Assembly (NCBI RefSeq): GCF_006345805.1
Contig: NC_042999.1
Span: 118,482,001 to 118,546,000 of the forward strand
Origin: Octopus sinensis
Lineage: Eukaryota
Direction of reading: 5' to 3'
DNA: 64,000 bases
A program made the translations under genes and the position numbers. Below are positions 25,212-39,291 of this stretch, piece after piece; within the stretch, counting starts at the first letter, position 1, and every line of letters starts with the position of its first letter. The notes below the pieces were generated by a model, which was not told the DNA's origin, searched no databases, and worked only from the letters and a program-made list of their open reading frames with translations.

Positions 25212-27152
25212 CATATGCCTAGCAAATGAATTTGGTAGACAAAAACTGCATAGAAGCTTGTCATATGATGTATGTATGTGCTTGTATTTGCTGACCCCGC
25301 CACCTCTACCAACAGCAACACTGTCACTACTTCACAGCCAGTATTGGTTTGTTTACATCTTCATAAATTAACAGTTCAGTAAAAGAGACCAATAGAATAA
25401 GTACCAGATTTGACAAATGATTATTGCTGTTAATCTGTTTGACTAATTTTTTCAAGACAGCACCTTAGCATGCTACAGTCCAATGGTTCAAACAAATAAA
25501 AGTAAGAATATATATCTATTGTGCTTGAATAGCTGAAAATATTTGTATTGGAGCTATCATTTTTGTAGCTGGCTAGCTTTCCTCTAGTTAATCATACTAT
25601 CGTGAAGTCCCAACATCATTTCTTATTTCCTTTTAGCCAGACAAATTGAAATAATAAGAGATATATAACAGACTTAGTGATATAATTGACTTGTGTGTTT
25701 TAAACTAATGACCATTTATTCACATGTTCATTAGTTTAGCCCTTTAACCTCACAGCCACTATATCTCATGAATCGATGATGGCTTGCTTGCTTCACTGGT
25801 TCAGAAATTCCTAGCTCTCGTCTGGTAATTTATTTGCTGCTGTCACAATTAATGTCAGTTATCTCATTAGATTCTCTATTTCATTTGATATTAGAAATAA
25901 AATTAAAAAATTACTGCTTTTGTAAATTAATTCTTTCTTTTAAAGTGTGACACTTATTGAGAATGAAAATTAAAGAAAAGAATCAATATTGAGAAAAGTT
26001 GTCTTAATTCGTTTTTCTAAAAGAAGTTTATTTCATATTTTTTAGATTTTAAAAAAAAATCTAAAATAGTTATTTGGTATGTTTCTCAAAATACACAATC
26101 GGCCAAGCTATATATTCTTACTAAAAATATAATATGGGATAATTGAGCACTGAATTCTTTTAAAATGATTTTATAAATAGAATTAATTCTTTACTATGGA
26201 TAATCAATACTACTTATATCATATCAAAGTAATTGTATTTTAAACTTTAAATTATTTTTTATAAACAACTGTATATTTCTCATTCCTTCCTTTTTTTGTT
26301 TACTTTTTGTTCTAACTATGATTCCTTTTCTTATACTCTTTGTATTCACTATATCTTTCAACCCTTCTTGCCATCACTTATCATATCCTCCCTTAAGTGA
26401 CACATACGCCCACAATATCTTATATGAATCCTTTTCTGAAGTAACTCATTTCTCTTTCCGCATCCAACCCATGCTCATTTCCATTTTAGATGAGAATATA
26501 TGAAGATACACAAGGCTGTACAGGATTTGGGGATAAATTTATAGATCGAGGGAGGTAACTTATAAAGAAATCTTAATTGTTACCTTAAATCTTATCATCC
26601 TCCCATTTGCCCTGGGATCTTTGCAAGGAGCCGCATTCGCCATGGATTGATTAATTCCCTGATTATTTTATGTGAGAATGCTTGTGCATGTCTAGGCTTA
26701 TAAATACACATGTATGTACACATGCATCTCCATACAAAATATGCTCACACTCACAGATGCACACACATAGACAAACAAATATGCACACACAGACAAACAT
26801 ACACACACATACACGTGCACACACAGACATATGTGCACACATACACATAGGTGTACACACACATATACACATGCATGTGTGTGTATGTTGTGTATCTATC
26901 AGGATGCCATGATAGATCGTTAGCTCCAACACGCATTTTTTTTCTCTCCTTGTTTATTTTTGTAAATTTTCCCTTTATATATATATAACGTAAAGTATAC
27001 TAGCCATCAGTATGGCTAACCACTAAGGGTGGGTGTTACTGTAGCTTTTAGCCCCCGGAGATCATCGTCTCCAGCTGGCTTTAGGCACACTGTCTGTGCC
27101 CTTATGGTATTTGCAAAGGGAGGTCATCCCTCTCTCGTGAGCCTAAGCAATA

Positions 27153-27198
27153 CATACGGACTGCAGTTTTGAGGTGTTTGCCTCTTGTCAACGCACGG
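27153..27198 (-). ncRNA. Minimal hammerhead motif, U3-A8 core variant (left arm)
   Basis: CCGUGCG-UUGACAA-GAGG CAAACA CCUC-AAAAC-UGCA-GUC-CGUAUG. G12 is lost, apparently by CpG decay. Confidence 0.65.
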
Positions 27199-27370
27199 TA
27201 ATCACCGGTTTACGATGAAAAGGAAGACTTGTTTGCAAATACTTATGGGTTTTTCTAGTAACTACTGTCACTGATTTCGAAAAACTGTCTGCAAGCAATA
27301 ATAAATCTCTGAACGAGATGTAAACAGTAATTGCAAACAGGTCTTCCTTTTCATCATAAGCCGGTGATTA

Positions 27371-27416
27371 CTGTGCATTGACACAAGGCAAACACCTCGA
27401 AACTGCAGTCCGTTAG
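27371..27416 (+). ncRNA. Minimal hammerhead motif, U3-A8 core variant (right arm)
   Basis: CUGUGCA-UUGACAC-AAGG CAAACA CCUC-GAAAC-UGCA-GUC-CGUUAG. A9 and the stem II base are mutated. Confidence 0.6.
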
Positions 27417-27644
27417 TATCGTTTAGGCTTACGAGAGAGGGATGACCTCCCTTTGCAAATACCATAAGGGCACAGATAGTGTGCCTAAAGCCAGCTGGAG
27501 ATGATGATCTCCTGGGGCTAAAAGCTACAGTAACACTCACCCTTAGTGGTTAGCCATATTGATGGCTAGTATACTTTACGTTGTCGAGCGGTTACTGTTT
27601 ACATCTCGTTCAGAGATTTATTATTACTATATATATATATATAT

Positions 27645-27683
<39 letters not shown>

Positions 27684-28434
27684 ATGCACATGTATATATA
27701 TATATCAAAGTAAAAGGGAGAGGCAAACAAATTGGCAAAACTTGACAAGGATATTAAATTCAATCTGGTTATATAATGAAAGGTACCAATAGTCTCTGAC
27801 AACTGTTTCTGAGATATCCCAGTCATTGGGACATCATGTAGAACAAAGAGTCCATATGCTGAGTAGGCTGCCATTGGAGAGAGAGAGAGACAGAGAGAGA
27901 GAGACAGAGAGACAGAGAGAGAAATAGGTTAAACATATGTAACACTTGAATAAAAGTTCATCAACAACAATACTTGTGTTTCCTTAAGTCCAGAGAACGA
28001 GAAGATATCCAAATGAGTCCAGTTAGATCCAGGGATTGGGTATTTGTTAAGTAAATCCATGGTCAGAGAGAATTGTTTGCTAGTAATCTATTGTAAGGTG
28101 TAAAAATGGATGCTAGCAGTTCCAAAGTTGGACAAATCCCAAGAGGAAAAAGTACAGTCTAGTAGGAGAAAAATAGGTAGATAAGAGCTATGTATTAGAT
28201 ATATACTAATCAGTACAATGAGGGGTACTCCTCTCCAGGGAGTTGAAGGGGGCATGAGTTTAAAAACAGATGGATAAGGGGTAAATAAAGCAGATGTATC
28301 AATAAGAGGAGTGTGAAAGTAACAAAGCAGTCATAAAAATGATAATAGATGTAGATATAGTAGGTAGTCAGTTTTACTACAGAGGAAGAGGGAGTTAGGG
28401 CTATCTTAGTTGTATTAATGCTAGAAATAGATTT

Positions 28435-28735
28435 GGCATAGTTTCTATGGCTGGATGCCCTTTCTGATGGCAACCACTCTGAAAGTGTAATAGGTGCTTT
28501 TATGTGCCACTGGCATGTGTGCCAGTTGCGTGACACTAATATCTGCCATGGCTACAATTTCATTTGGCTTGATGGGTCTTCTTCTCAAGTGTGGCATATT
28601 GCCAAAGGCATTGGTCATTTGTCAGTGCCTCCATAAGGTGCAATGCTTGAAAGATGCTTTCAACATGCCACCAGCATAGGTGCCAACTACACAACACCAG
28701 TATTGGCCACATTGCCTCCATGAGGTCAAACGCTT
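28435..28735 (-). mobile_element. RTE-tail family C, truncated copy
   Basis: TTTCTATGGCTGGATGCCCTT...CCAACCACTC motif shared with family C. Confidence 0.7.
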
Positions 28736-28881
28736 GTGTGGTGTGTTTCACCTGTGTGTGCATAATATATATGCACACACACATATACACATATATATTA
28801 CATAAAGAACTTTCAATACCAGTTACTCAACAGGGTGGAAATAACTGCAAAATCTCCCTAAACTTACGTGCTACATCTTGA

Positions 28882-29385
28882 ATCATCGTCATCGTTTAAC
28901 GTCCACTTTTCATGCTAGCATGGGTTGGATGATTTGACTGAGGGCTGGCGAGCCAGATGGCTGCACCAGACTCCAATCTTGATCTGGCAGAGTTTCTGTA
29001 CCTGGATGCCCTTCCTAATGCCAACCACTCCGAGAGGTAGTGGGTGCTTTTACATGCTACTGGCATGGGGGCCAGTCAGGTGGTACTGGCAACGACTTTG
29101 CTTGAATCTTTTTACACATGCCACTGGCACAGGTGCCAGTAAGGTGATGCTGGTAACGATCACACTCGAATGGTACCTTTTATGTGCCACCGGCATGGAA
29201 GCCAATTATCCGCTCTGGCAACGATCATGCTCAGATTGTGCTCTTAGCACCCTACTAGCACAGGGCTCAAGTGCCAGTAAGGTGATGTTGGTAATGATCA
29301 CACTTGAATGGTGCCTTGTATGTGCCACTGGCACAGAAACCGGTTAGCTGCTCTGTCAATGATCCCACTCATGTCAATGATCACA
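28882..29385 (-). mobile_element. RTE-tail family C
   Basis: Highly similar to 15620-16105. Confidence 0.88.
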
Positions 29386-29954
29386 CTCATAATATCTTGA
29401 ATAAAGGATATATTGTAAAGAGAAACTTCTACAACTAAAAATATAGAATGATCACAACTGGCACTCCCTTTATGTTTGATGTGCTCACTCGTAGCCAATC
29501 CAGCATTAAACTACAACAACCAAATTTACTTAAACCAATAAATGAAAGTCTTTGCATAGTTGCTTGATTTGCAGGCATATTGTGTTAAAAATCACACTTT
29601 ATCATCTCCAGTTAAGAAGGTTGGACTTATAGGATAATGTGTATAACTAAGGTAAAAAATACATATATGATTTTAATTGGTCGATGACATGTGTCTTATT
29701 AATGTAATAATCAAATTAATGCCAAAAGTTTGCTTGAGATAAAATCATGTTTTTAATGTTACATCAAGTGATTCATGTTCAACAGATTATATAACCATCG
29801 TGTTGATTATATATCTTTGATAAAATCGTTGAAAGCTCCAGAAAAATATCAAAATGTCCGACCAGAGACATAAAATCTGGTAAGCTGAGATAAACTTAGA
29901 AACTAAGTAAACTTTTTTTTTACCTCTCATCATCTCTCTTTCTTTCTATTTTTC

Positions 29955-29989
<35 letters not shown>

Positions 29990-29995
29990 GCAACT

Positions 29996-30242
29996 TAGCT
30001 GCATGGTAGGAAGTTAGCTTCCCAACTACATGGTTCTGGATTCAGTTCTACTACATGACACCTTGGACAAGTGGCTCAGGCCAACCAAAGCCTTGGGAGT
30101 AGATTTAGTAGATGGAAACTGAAAGAAGCCTGCCATGTGTGTGTGTATCTGTGTTTGACCCCACATCTCCACTACTTGACAATCGATGTTGGTGTGTTTA
30201 ATCCCTGTAAATTAGCAGTTCAGAACTGGTAGAATTAGTACT
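29996..30242 (+). mobile_element. SINE family A, partial
   Basis: Head and central block match family A. Confidence 0.75.
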
Positions 30243-30559
30243 ATTAAAGTGCATCTACTAAAAATATTGAGATTCTCAAGTTCTTTATTAAATACAGTTT
30301 TCAGTCAAATCGTCCAACCCATGCTAGCATGGAAAATGGACATTAAATGATGATGATATATACATACATACATACATGCATACACACATACAGTACTAGA
30401 AGAGAAGCCATTTGAAGGTTTAGCATGTTCATTTATTTGGTGGTCACTGATGAAATTAATTGTATATGAATGGCTTGAGAGGGATGTTTCTGCAATGCAC
30501 AAGGATGTAGATAGTAAAAAGATAGTCTCAAATGATTTCAGTAGCGAATTTAGCATGAA

Positions 30560-31515
30560 TGTAGGAATTCATCAAGTCTTAGATCTCAGTCCTTAGTCCT
30601 CTCATATTCATCATTTCATCATATCCCTTAGCCCTACAGGCCATGAGAGAGGAGTCTATGACTAGATACTCACTGAAATTCCTGTATGCTGATAATCTAG
30701 TTCTCTTAGCTGAATCTATAGAGGACTTAAAAAGAGAATTTCAGGCTTGGAAGCAAACTAAATGCAGAACCAAGAGTTCTTAAGATAAAATTAGCAAAGA
30801 CGAAAATTCTAATAGGTAGTAAAGAAGATAAGACCTCAGTATCTTTAAGGAAATGGCCTTGCTTGATATTCAGAAAAGAGTCGGTATAAACTTTATACTT
30901 TGTGCTCACTATACGCTATGGACACACAAGATATGTCATGGAATCACAGGCAGACTAACAAAAACATGAGCTTTGATGTGATAGAATCACTGGAGCAGTA
31001 CATATTAGGAGCAGCTCTCACTCCACCATACACTTGCAAACCCCATCAGTACATAAAAACACTCCTTGTTCCTCTATCCCACTCACTTTTACTCAGTTTA
31101 TACCTTGAGTGTCTATCTATACTCTTTAACACCATTATCTCTTACCACTTCCAGCTTCATCCAATCATTCCCACCCTTTCTTCTAAAATGTTAGTTATCA
31201 TGTAACTCTTCCACAACAGGAAACCTATTCTGCTCTGGCCCCTCGTTTCATACCTTCACCCCTCATCTAGTGTAAATACACCCCACTCTAGGGGTCATAG
31301 TCTTGCGACCTGCATGATTACCTCACTAGTGAAGGAAGAACAAAAAGCACTGAGTACATGCTGTAAAGTTGTTGGTATTAGGAAGAGCATCCAGCTGTTG
31401 GAACCATACTGAAGCAGACATTGGTGTATGATGCAGTCTTTGAAACCATCAGATCCTGTCAAACTGTTCTCCCCATGCTAACCTGGTACATTTTAAAGGA
31501 TAATGATGAGGATGA
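30560..31515 (+). pseudogene. Degenerate RTE-clade LINE 3' portion (RT C-terminus plus 3' UTR)
   Basis: Frames give GIHQ..LSP.LIFII, LYADNLVLLAESIEDLKREFQAWK and a decayed Cys-rich KWPC...LC...WTHK.C..I.GRL block, followed by the RTE-type tail. Confidence 0.8.
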
Positions 31516-34289
31516 CCCTTATGATATATATGTGTGTGTATGTGTATGTGTGTACATGTACACATTTGTGTGTATGTATATATGTGTGCATGAACATGCA
31601 CATTTGTGTGCATATACATATTTGTGTGTGTGTGTGTAGCCATAGGCTCTGTGGTTGAGAAGTTTGCTTTCCAACCACATGATTTCAGGTTCAGTCCCAT
31701 TGTTTCTCATCTTAGGCTGCCCAATGATCTGTCAGTGAATTTGACAAACAGTAACTAAAAGATGATCATTGTACATACACACATAAATACATACATGGTA
31801 TGTTTGTATGTATGCATGTATGTGTGTGCATGTGTGTGTATGCTTGTATATTTATATATGTAAATATGTGTGTGAGTGTATGTGTGTATGTGCAATTTAG
31901 TCAACTATACTCTCCCCACAAACGTGTATATATATATTCTTATTGAAACGATCAATAATGTTTCCCACTTATTTCCCCTCATTGTTATTTTAGAAATACA
32001 CCTGTGTTTGAAATGCCATCTACCTGGTCAAAAGAATCTATAATCTTTATTGAGTGTGCTTAAATGTAGAAATCTATTTACAGAGTTAATGCTACTGATG
32101 CTACGGCAAACTTGTTTGACTGATTTCCAAAGACATATTGGCTTAAATTTAGAATATGTAAAATAAGTGTGGGTGGCTTTATTGAGAATAAGGAAGTAGG
32201 CTATTCTTTAAGAATATTTTCATAAAGAAATTTAATCAGACATGTAAAGATGCAAGCATGTTTCTTTTATACAATTATGTTAATAGGAAATTATTTTCTC
32301 TTCAGTTCCAATAAGTTTTCTTTGAAATTATCATCATTAACATTTCCTTTCATGATACGGGTGTCTTTATATAAATCTTTGATTTTCATTGCTGTCAGCA
32401 TAATATTATCAATAACAGCATCATTACTATTCTCATCCTGACCAACATCATCATCATGACAATCATCTTTGTTATTATCATTTTTGCTACTTACTGGTAG
32501 TCATAAATACCATCTCATAATCATCTATATACATTTGCTGTAACATATTTTTAGACTGAGCTATCAGTTAGTGAGTGAAAAGAGTGTAGCAAATATTAAG
32601 AAAAAGGGTTATATTAATTATTTCATTATGTAATGTATATAGTGTGTGGGAAGATCATTTACGTGGGAGTTTTTAGATAACTGTGAGTGGATGAGACAAC
32701 ATATATCTCTAAATTAATTCACTTGCTGCAACCTATAACCTCTGAGTAAAAATCCATTATTCTCAAACCCCCTTATTCTTGACAGTATAATTAAACTCCC
32801 ACTCAGACTGAATGTATGACATTCATTGACATCTGGACTTTGTCTAACTCATTTTCAGCATAGTCATAGTATAAACATCTACTCCTTTTAGTTGTAGGTG
32901 GAGAATTCTGTTTGACAGATTTCTGTTTTCATACCCACTTTCAATTAAGAGTGAATGATGTAAACTTTCCTCTAGTAATTAATATCAAATCTTTCTCTTG
33001 AAATTCTAAGGCATTTCATTCTGCATTTTCTGTCTACCACTTCTATCTTTCTTGCCTTGAGACAGCATTCACCCAGGGTGGGTTGAGCTCGCTTCATTCA
33101 TCCTCAATGCTGCATCTCTCACTACATAAACCTCTGCCAATTAATAAATACCCATACCTGCAGTAGTGTGTGAGTATTTGACATATGTATGAAGATACAC
33201 ATCTCTTTTATAACATAGAATTTATGCAAATTTCAAGCTAGAAATTTCTCTGTACTTAAATTCAATACATCGCAGGTATTACAAGTTGCTTCTAGAAATA
33301 TTTAATTGGATAATTCATTTACCCATCTAAATAGAAGCCAATATACCCATATTGATTTTTGTTCATGTACAAATAGTTTCTTTTTTCTCTAAATATGCTA
33401 ATCTAATTAAAACAGACTGCATTTAGATTTCTTTAACCTACCTTAGTAATTTTTCTCTTCTTAAATTTTGCTTAACCAAAGACCTAAGGCCAGAAATTTT
33501 GTAAAGAATTTAGAGAAGAGATGGTCTTTTACACTTCTTGTGCATCCCCTAGTGATCATTAATGCTTATAACCTATATTTGAATAAGGTTTACATGACAT
33601 TATCTATTGTCTGTTATCTTCATCTATTATGTTTTTTGTTAGCTCAATTACATGTTTTTAATTTGAAAGTAATTTTCATAGAATCAATTTTGGATATTCT
33701 GTTGTATATTCTCGTTGTTAGCCTTTTAAAAAAAATGAATTCTAACATAAGCACAATGGGAAAAATTTTGGGAGAGGGACGAAGTCAATGTCACTGGCCT
33801 CAGTACTTGACATGTACTTATTTAATTGATGCTATAAAGATGACAAACAGCTGAATTCTGTAAAATTTCAACTCAACCCTAAAAGGATGTAGCTAAATAC
33901 CACAAGGTATTCTATCAGACACTCAGCTGATTCTGTTAACTATGACTGTTTTGAACATTGATAATAATGGTAGGGCTGTATGAATAATTATATATTTCTT
34001 GTAGATAATGTTTCCATTCTTCTGTTTCTTCATCTTCATCTTCTGGTTATCAAAACCAAAGACTTAAAAATCTATGATTTCACTGATTGTCAAGTTAAAA
34101 TTAAACTACACCTCTGCCTTAATATTTTTTCTGCATTTAATAACAATTTATAACATAGGAACAAGGTGGAAAATTTGTTTGTCAGAACCTGTCAAAACCC
34201 TTATCATGATGGGTATAGTGGGCTTCGTATATTTTACTCCAGTGTCTCTTTGATGACATGCACTGCTCTCTCACTCAATAATAATAAGA

Positions 34290-36960
34290 AGAATAAAAAG
34301 AAGAAGAAATTCTATGATAGACATGAAACAGAAAATTCTGAGTAAGCTTTAAGTTGTAAGAGATATGCAAGTATGAATGTTAGAGAACCACTTCATAAAC
34401 TCTCAAATAGAGACCAAAATAAAAAGCCAAATAAAATTGTCAAATTTGTAACAAAAGAAATCATACAAGAATTAAAACCTGATCTTACTGAGTTAAAGGA
34501 AATTATTTATGCATCTGCTTAGGCAATTGAAACCAGTAGTATGCTTTAAAAAAATGAATAAAAAGGAAAGAAAGAAAAACAAATCTGGGAAGAAATCCAA
34601 ACTGGAGAAATAAAATTGCAAAAGATATTGAATTAATGAGAGAGGAAACATCAATATTAAATGAACTAATCTTTGGAAATCATGTAAGATCCAGAACAGG
34701 AAGGAAGATGAGAAGATATGGATTGTCACAAAGAGAATAACTGATATCAACAAAAGAAAGACTGAAACAAAATGCCCATGCAAAAGCTCAAAGAATACAA
34801 AAATTTGAGAAGAGAAATAATTTTCACAAGCAAAATAAATTGTACACATCCAAGGCCAAAACATTCAGCAGAGAAATAGGAAAGGAGAAAATAATGGTTG
34901 AAGACCTGGCTCCCATGAAAGAAGTTGAAAACTTTTGGGAAAACATTTAGAGTGAGAAGAAGACATACAATAAAATTACAGACTGGATTAGATGCGCAGA
35001 AGGATCCTACCAAAATTTATAAGAACAAGCATGGGAAAACATTACAATAGCAGACCTAAGGATGACACTCATGAAGGCTCATAAGCGGAAACCCCCTGGT
35101 AAAGATGGGGTGCCAAATTTCTGACTTGCTTCACTTCCATGTGCACAGAAATTTAGTTCAGTGAAGTCATGAGAGGTCCTAGGAACACACCTGACTGGTT
35201 AGCTAGTGGTATTACTTACCTACTCTCAAAGAATAATGGAACCAAAGTTCAAAAGAACTATCGTCCCATAACCTGTTTATCCACCACTTATAAAATTTTA
35301 GCATCCATTCACATGCAGAAAACATGCATCTATGGAACAGAGTGGCATTTTCCCCACTGAACAAAATTGGTGCCAGTGAGGCTCATATGGACACAAAGAT
35401 CTACTGCTAATTAATTTCATGATCCTTGAGAACAGTCATAACAAGTGCAGAAATCTCAGTTCCACATGGATCGATTACAAGAAGGCTTTTCACAGCATAC
35501 CACATTCATGGATCTTGAATTTACTGAACATCTTCAAAATTTCTCTTGTAATTTCAAACTTCCTGAAGCATATATCATTGTGGAATATGCATCTTCAATT
35601 ATATCACTCTAATAGAGTACTGTCTTCACATAATATCAAAATCAACTGTGGCATTTTCCAAGGTGACCCACTTTCACCTCCAAGTTTTTGCAGAGCTCTA
35701 ATGCCCCTTTCAAGTGAACTTAACAGAACTGAGTATGGGTATAAAACTAACAAAAAAAAATGTAATTTATTTTAAATGGATGATTTAAAACTATATGGCA
35801 CAAGAAAGGATGAGTTTGAAGGCCTATTATGTACTGTGAAAGTATTCAATAATGACATTGGGTTTGGTCTTGATAAATGAGCCAAAGCTACTTTCAAGAA
35901 AAGGATGCTGAAGACCTCAAATTCAATCATGTTAGATGTTGATACAATTATAAAAGAATTTGAGCAAGAGGAAACATAAATATTTAGGAATAAATGAAGG
36001 CCCTGATATTCAGCATGCAAGCATGAAAAAGAAGATTAGGTAGGAATGTTATAGGAGAGTTTAAGCAGTCCTGAATGCACACAGCAAGATGTTAGACATA
36101 AACTCCTTAGCTCCAGTTGTTATTTACGGCTTCAATGTGTTGTTGAATGGAATATCAATGAAATAAAGAAAATTGACAGAAAATACATAAGCAGCTGACT
36201 TGTAATAAGATGCACCACCCAAAGGCAGATGCGGATCATCTTAACCTAATCTCTGGATGTAAGATTTTAATACTAGTGGAGTATAAATCAAGATATTACA
36301 GAGTTGGACAATATCTAAACTGAATGATATATCACATTATAAGATCAAAACTGTTGACAAGTGATATAAGCACCGCCCTGAGGTTGTAAGTGAGGGAGAA
36401 AATGAAATGATTCTTTGGGACTTTCCAGTACATACAGACAGTACCATCAAAGCAAATATTGTTGTGGAAGACCAAAACATGAATATTCTTTGTGATCATG
36501 ATATCTCATCATAAGAATTTGACAAACTTAGAAAATATAAAAATTTTCTCATTGAAATTGAAAAAAATGAGACGTTTTGAGGTGATTGTAAGGAGTGTTG
36601 TGTTAAGAATAGTCAAAGAAGGACTAAAAATTATTTGAGAATGAGTCCAGGCTTACCATCCATGCAAAAAGTACAAAACATTGTTTTAACTAGTACATCG
36701 TAGGTGCTGAGGAGAGCAATGTTGCTGTGAGAATGATTTCAAGCCATGTAATAATTTTTTCCTCTCTTCTTTACGTTTCTGTGTTTTTCTTTTTTTTTCC
36801 CTTTTCTTTCATATATCTTGATTTTGTAAATGAACAATCTGGTGTGTTTATTCTATTAATCTATCAATGTACATAGCGAGTTTCTTTGCCCTAGGTGTCA
36901 GGAAGACACCCAGTAAGAAATGGAAACAAAACTGAACGGAGAAAAACGTATAATAATGAT
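34290..36960 (+). mobile_element. Degenerate R4/Dong-like LINE (RT plus RLE), second family
   Basis: PDWLASGITYLL..NYRPITCLSTTYKIL, WIDYKKAFHSIPHSWI, GIFQGDPLSP, xMDDLKLY, and later ILWDFPVHTD.TIKA. Many stops. 3' UTR ends in (AAT/GAT)n. Confidence 0.9.
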
Positions 36961-37009
36961 GATGATGATAATCCCCTTTATTTTCTTTATTTTCTTTATT
37001 TTTCATTTA

Positions 37010-37260
37010 AAAAACTTTTTCTTCTTCTTTTCTTCCCTTTTTTCTGTCATATGACTTTGTAAATGAACAATCTTGTGTGTTTATTTTAATGGCCTACCAA
37101 TGTATATAGTGAACTTCTTTGCCCTAGGTGTCAGGAAGACACTCACCAAGAAATGGAAACAAAATTGAAAGAAGAGTATTATGATAATAATAATAATAAT
37201 AATAACAACAATAATAATAATAACAACAACGATGACGATGATGATAACAACAACAACAGC
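37010..37260 (+). mobile_element. Second copy of the same R4/Dong 3' UTR in tandem, ending in (AAT)n
   Basis: GTAAATGAACAATC...GCCCTAGGTGTCAGGAAGACAC...GAAATGGAAACAAAA occurs at about 36828-36935 and again at about 37058-37170. Confidence 0.85.
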
Positions 37261-39191
37261 ATAAGCACAAAACCTGAAATTTTGTCAGTGCTCAACTGGC
37301 ACTTAATTTGTGAGCCCTGAAAAGATAAAAAGCAAAGCCAGTGTTGGCAGAATTTAAACTCAGAATATAAAGCTGGATGAAATGCCACTGAGCATTTTGT
37401 CCTGTGCACCTACAATTCTGCCAGTTCACCATCTTAGTAACAATAATGACTGGTTCTAGCATGGGCACAAACACATAAAATTTGTGTTGAGAGGAACAGT
37501 TGATTATATCAACAACAGGAGAATGAAAGGTGAGATTTCAACTGAGAATACAAAGAACAAAATCACATATTAGAAGGTATTTTGTCCACCACTGTATTGA
37601 CAATATTTTTCAATAAATTTAAATACCCTTTCTTTTATTTTTTTTAAATGATGATATTTATTTCATTCTGTTTTTTTTTTATATATTACCAGATTATGTC
37701 TCACAACTAAAATGCTCAAATACAAAATTCTAGCATAGTGTTAAAATATAGTAAAAAAATATATAATCTACAATATCAGGAAAAGGCAGATTTAAAACTA
37801 TAATAAAATGACACAAATTGCACCAGTTTAAAGTCATAAATTTTATGCAGTTGTAACCTTGGTTTAACATTACCCAAGTACTGGGAATTATCTTTCGATA
37901 ATTAAACTATACTGAACACTCTTGAGTCATATAAACTTATAAATTACTCTGATGGCCAGTCTAAAACACCATTGATATAGCGTAGTATTATACTTGGTTT
38001 CAAGGCTTACTGAATAATTTTCATAGATATTAACTGCTAATATGTTCTCTCTATCTGCTTTAGTTCACGCAATACTGATTTTGTTCATGGTATGTTAGTT
38101 TAATTCACAGAGAGTTTGTTTTCTTCAGTTATGCAGTTAGTTGTGAAAGCTATTTGCCATAGTTTCTATCTGACATGTAATACAATATTTCTATGCATGA
38201 TAAAATCAACAAACTATTTAGTGATTATGAAATATTATTTGTTAGTGAAAACTTTTATTATTTGAGAAATATATTGAAGTAGTTGTTTCACTTTTGTTGA
38301 ATTAAAGGAAGAGGATATTTTTCATAAACAAGTATATTCATAGTCATTGTAGTTGCAATGAGACCAGTATGACTAATGCAGTTAATGTTCAATTCGTACA
38401 ATCTCCATCTTCACTTTCTGAGTTCAAATTCTGCCAAGGTTGACTTTGCTTTTCATCCTTATGGTGTAGATAAAAGAAGTACCGACTGAGTACTGACTTA
38501 CTCACTACCCCAAAATTGCTGGCCTTGAGTCAAAATCTGAAATTAATTCTGTCAAGGTCAACTTTGCCTTTCCTCCTTTAGGATTTGACAAAATAAAGTA
38601 TCACTTGAGCACTGGGGTCAATTCAATTGACTTGGCTCTTTGCGCTAAACCATTGGCCTGGTGACAAAATTTGGAATCAATATTAATAATGTTTATCTAC
38701 TACATTAATGCTTATATTGGAACCGTTTTAATGATGAATCAACTATGTTTGTCATTGAGTTACATAACATGAATTCCACAGTCTTATTTTTGACTGCTCA
38801 TTTGTTTCTAGTCAATTAATGAAATGAAGAAATTTTTAGTTTTGTTATATTTTTTTTATAACATATGAAAGAGAGCATCATCCATGTCTTCCCACATTAG
38901 TTAGATTAATATAATTGATATTCACCTTGAACTATTATAAGTTAAATTTTCAGAAAAAGCATTAGCGGGAAGAGAATTTTAGGGATATGCAGTCTTGGAA
39001 AGGAAAGTAAAATCTTGAATCTGGAATAAAGTGAAAGTGATAAAAAGAGGGAAGTATGACAGGAATACATGCAGATTGTTAGGTCAGAAGAGAAAATGCT
39101 GTTGTAGTAAGAAGAGAAGAGACAGACAGAAATTGTAAGACAAAATAATCTAGCACTTGTGTTGTGCTGGTAAGGGAATATTTTTAGACCA

Positions 39192-39291
39192 NNNNNNNNN
39201 NNNNNNNNNNNNNNNNNNNNNNNNNNNNNNNNNNNNNNNNNNNNNNNNNNNNNNNNNNNNNNNNNNNNNNNNNNNNNNNNNNNNNNNNNNN
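39192..39291. other. Assembly gap (100 N)
   Basis: Read directly. Confidence 1.

Larger units (their letters stand above)
26987..27624. mobile_element. Inverted-duplication element (Penelope-pLTR-like) with a hammerhead motif in each arm
   Basis: Arms 26987-27238 and 27331-27582 are reverse complements (about 18 mismatches in about 250 nt by eye). 27297-27330 is the reverse complement of 27590-27624. Confidence 0.85.

Noticed and set aside
27420-27540. Possible HDV-like ribozyme (GG-GCACA/UGUGC-CUAA)
   Set aside because: P1, P3 and L3 of the nested double pseudoknot could not be assembled.
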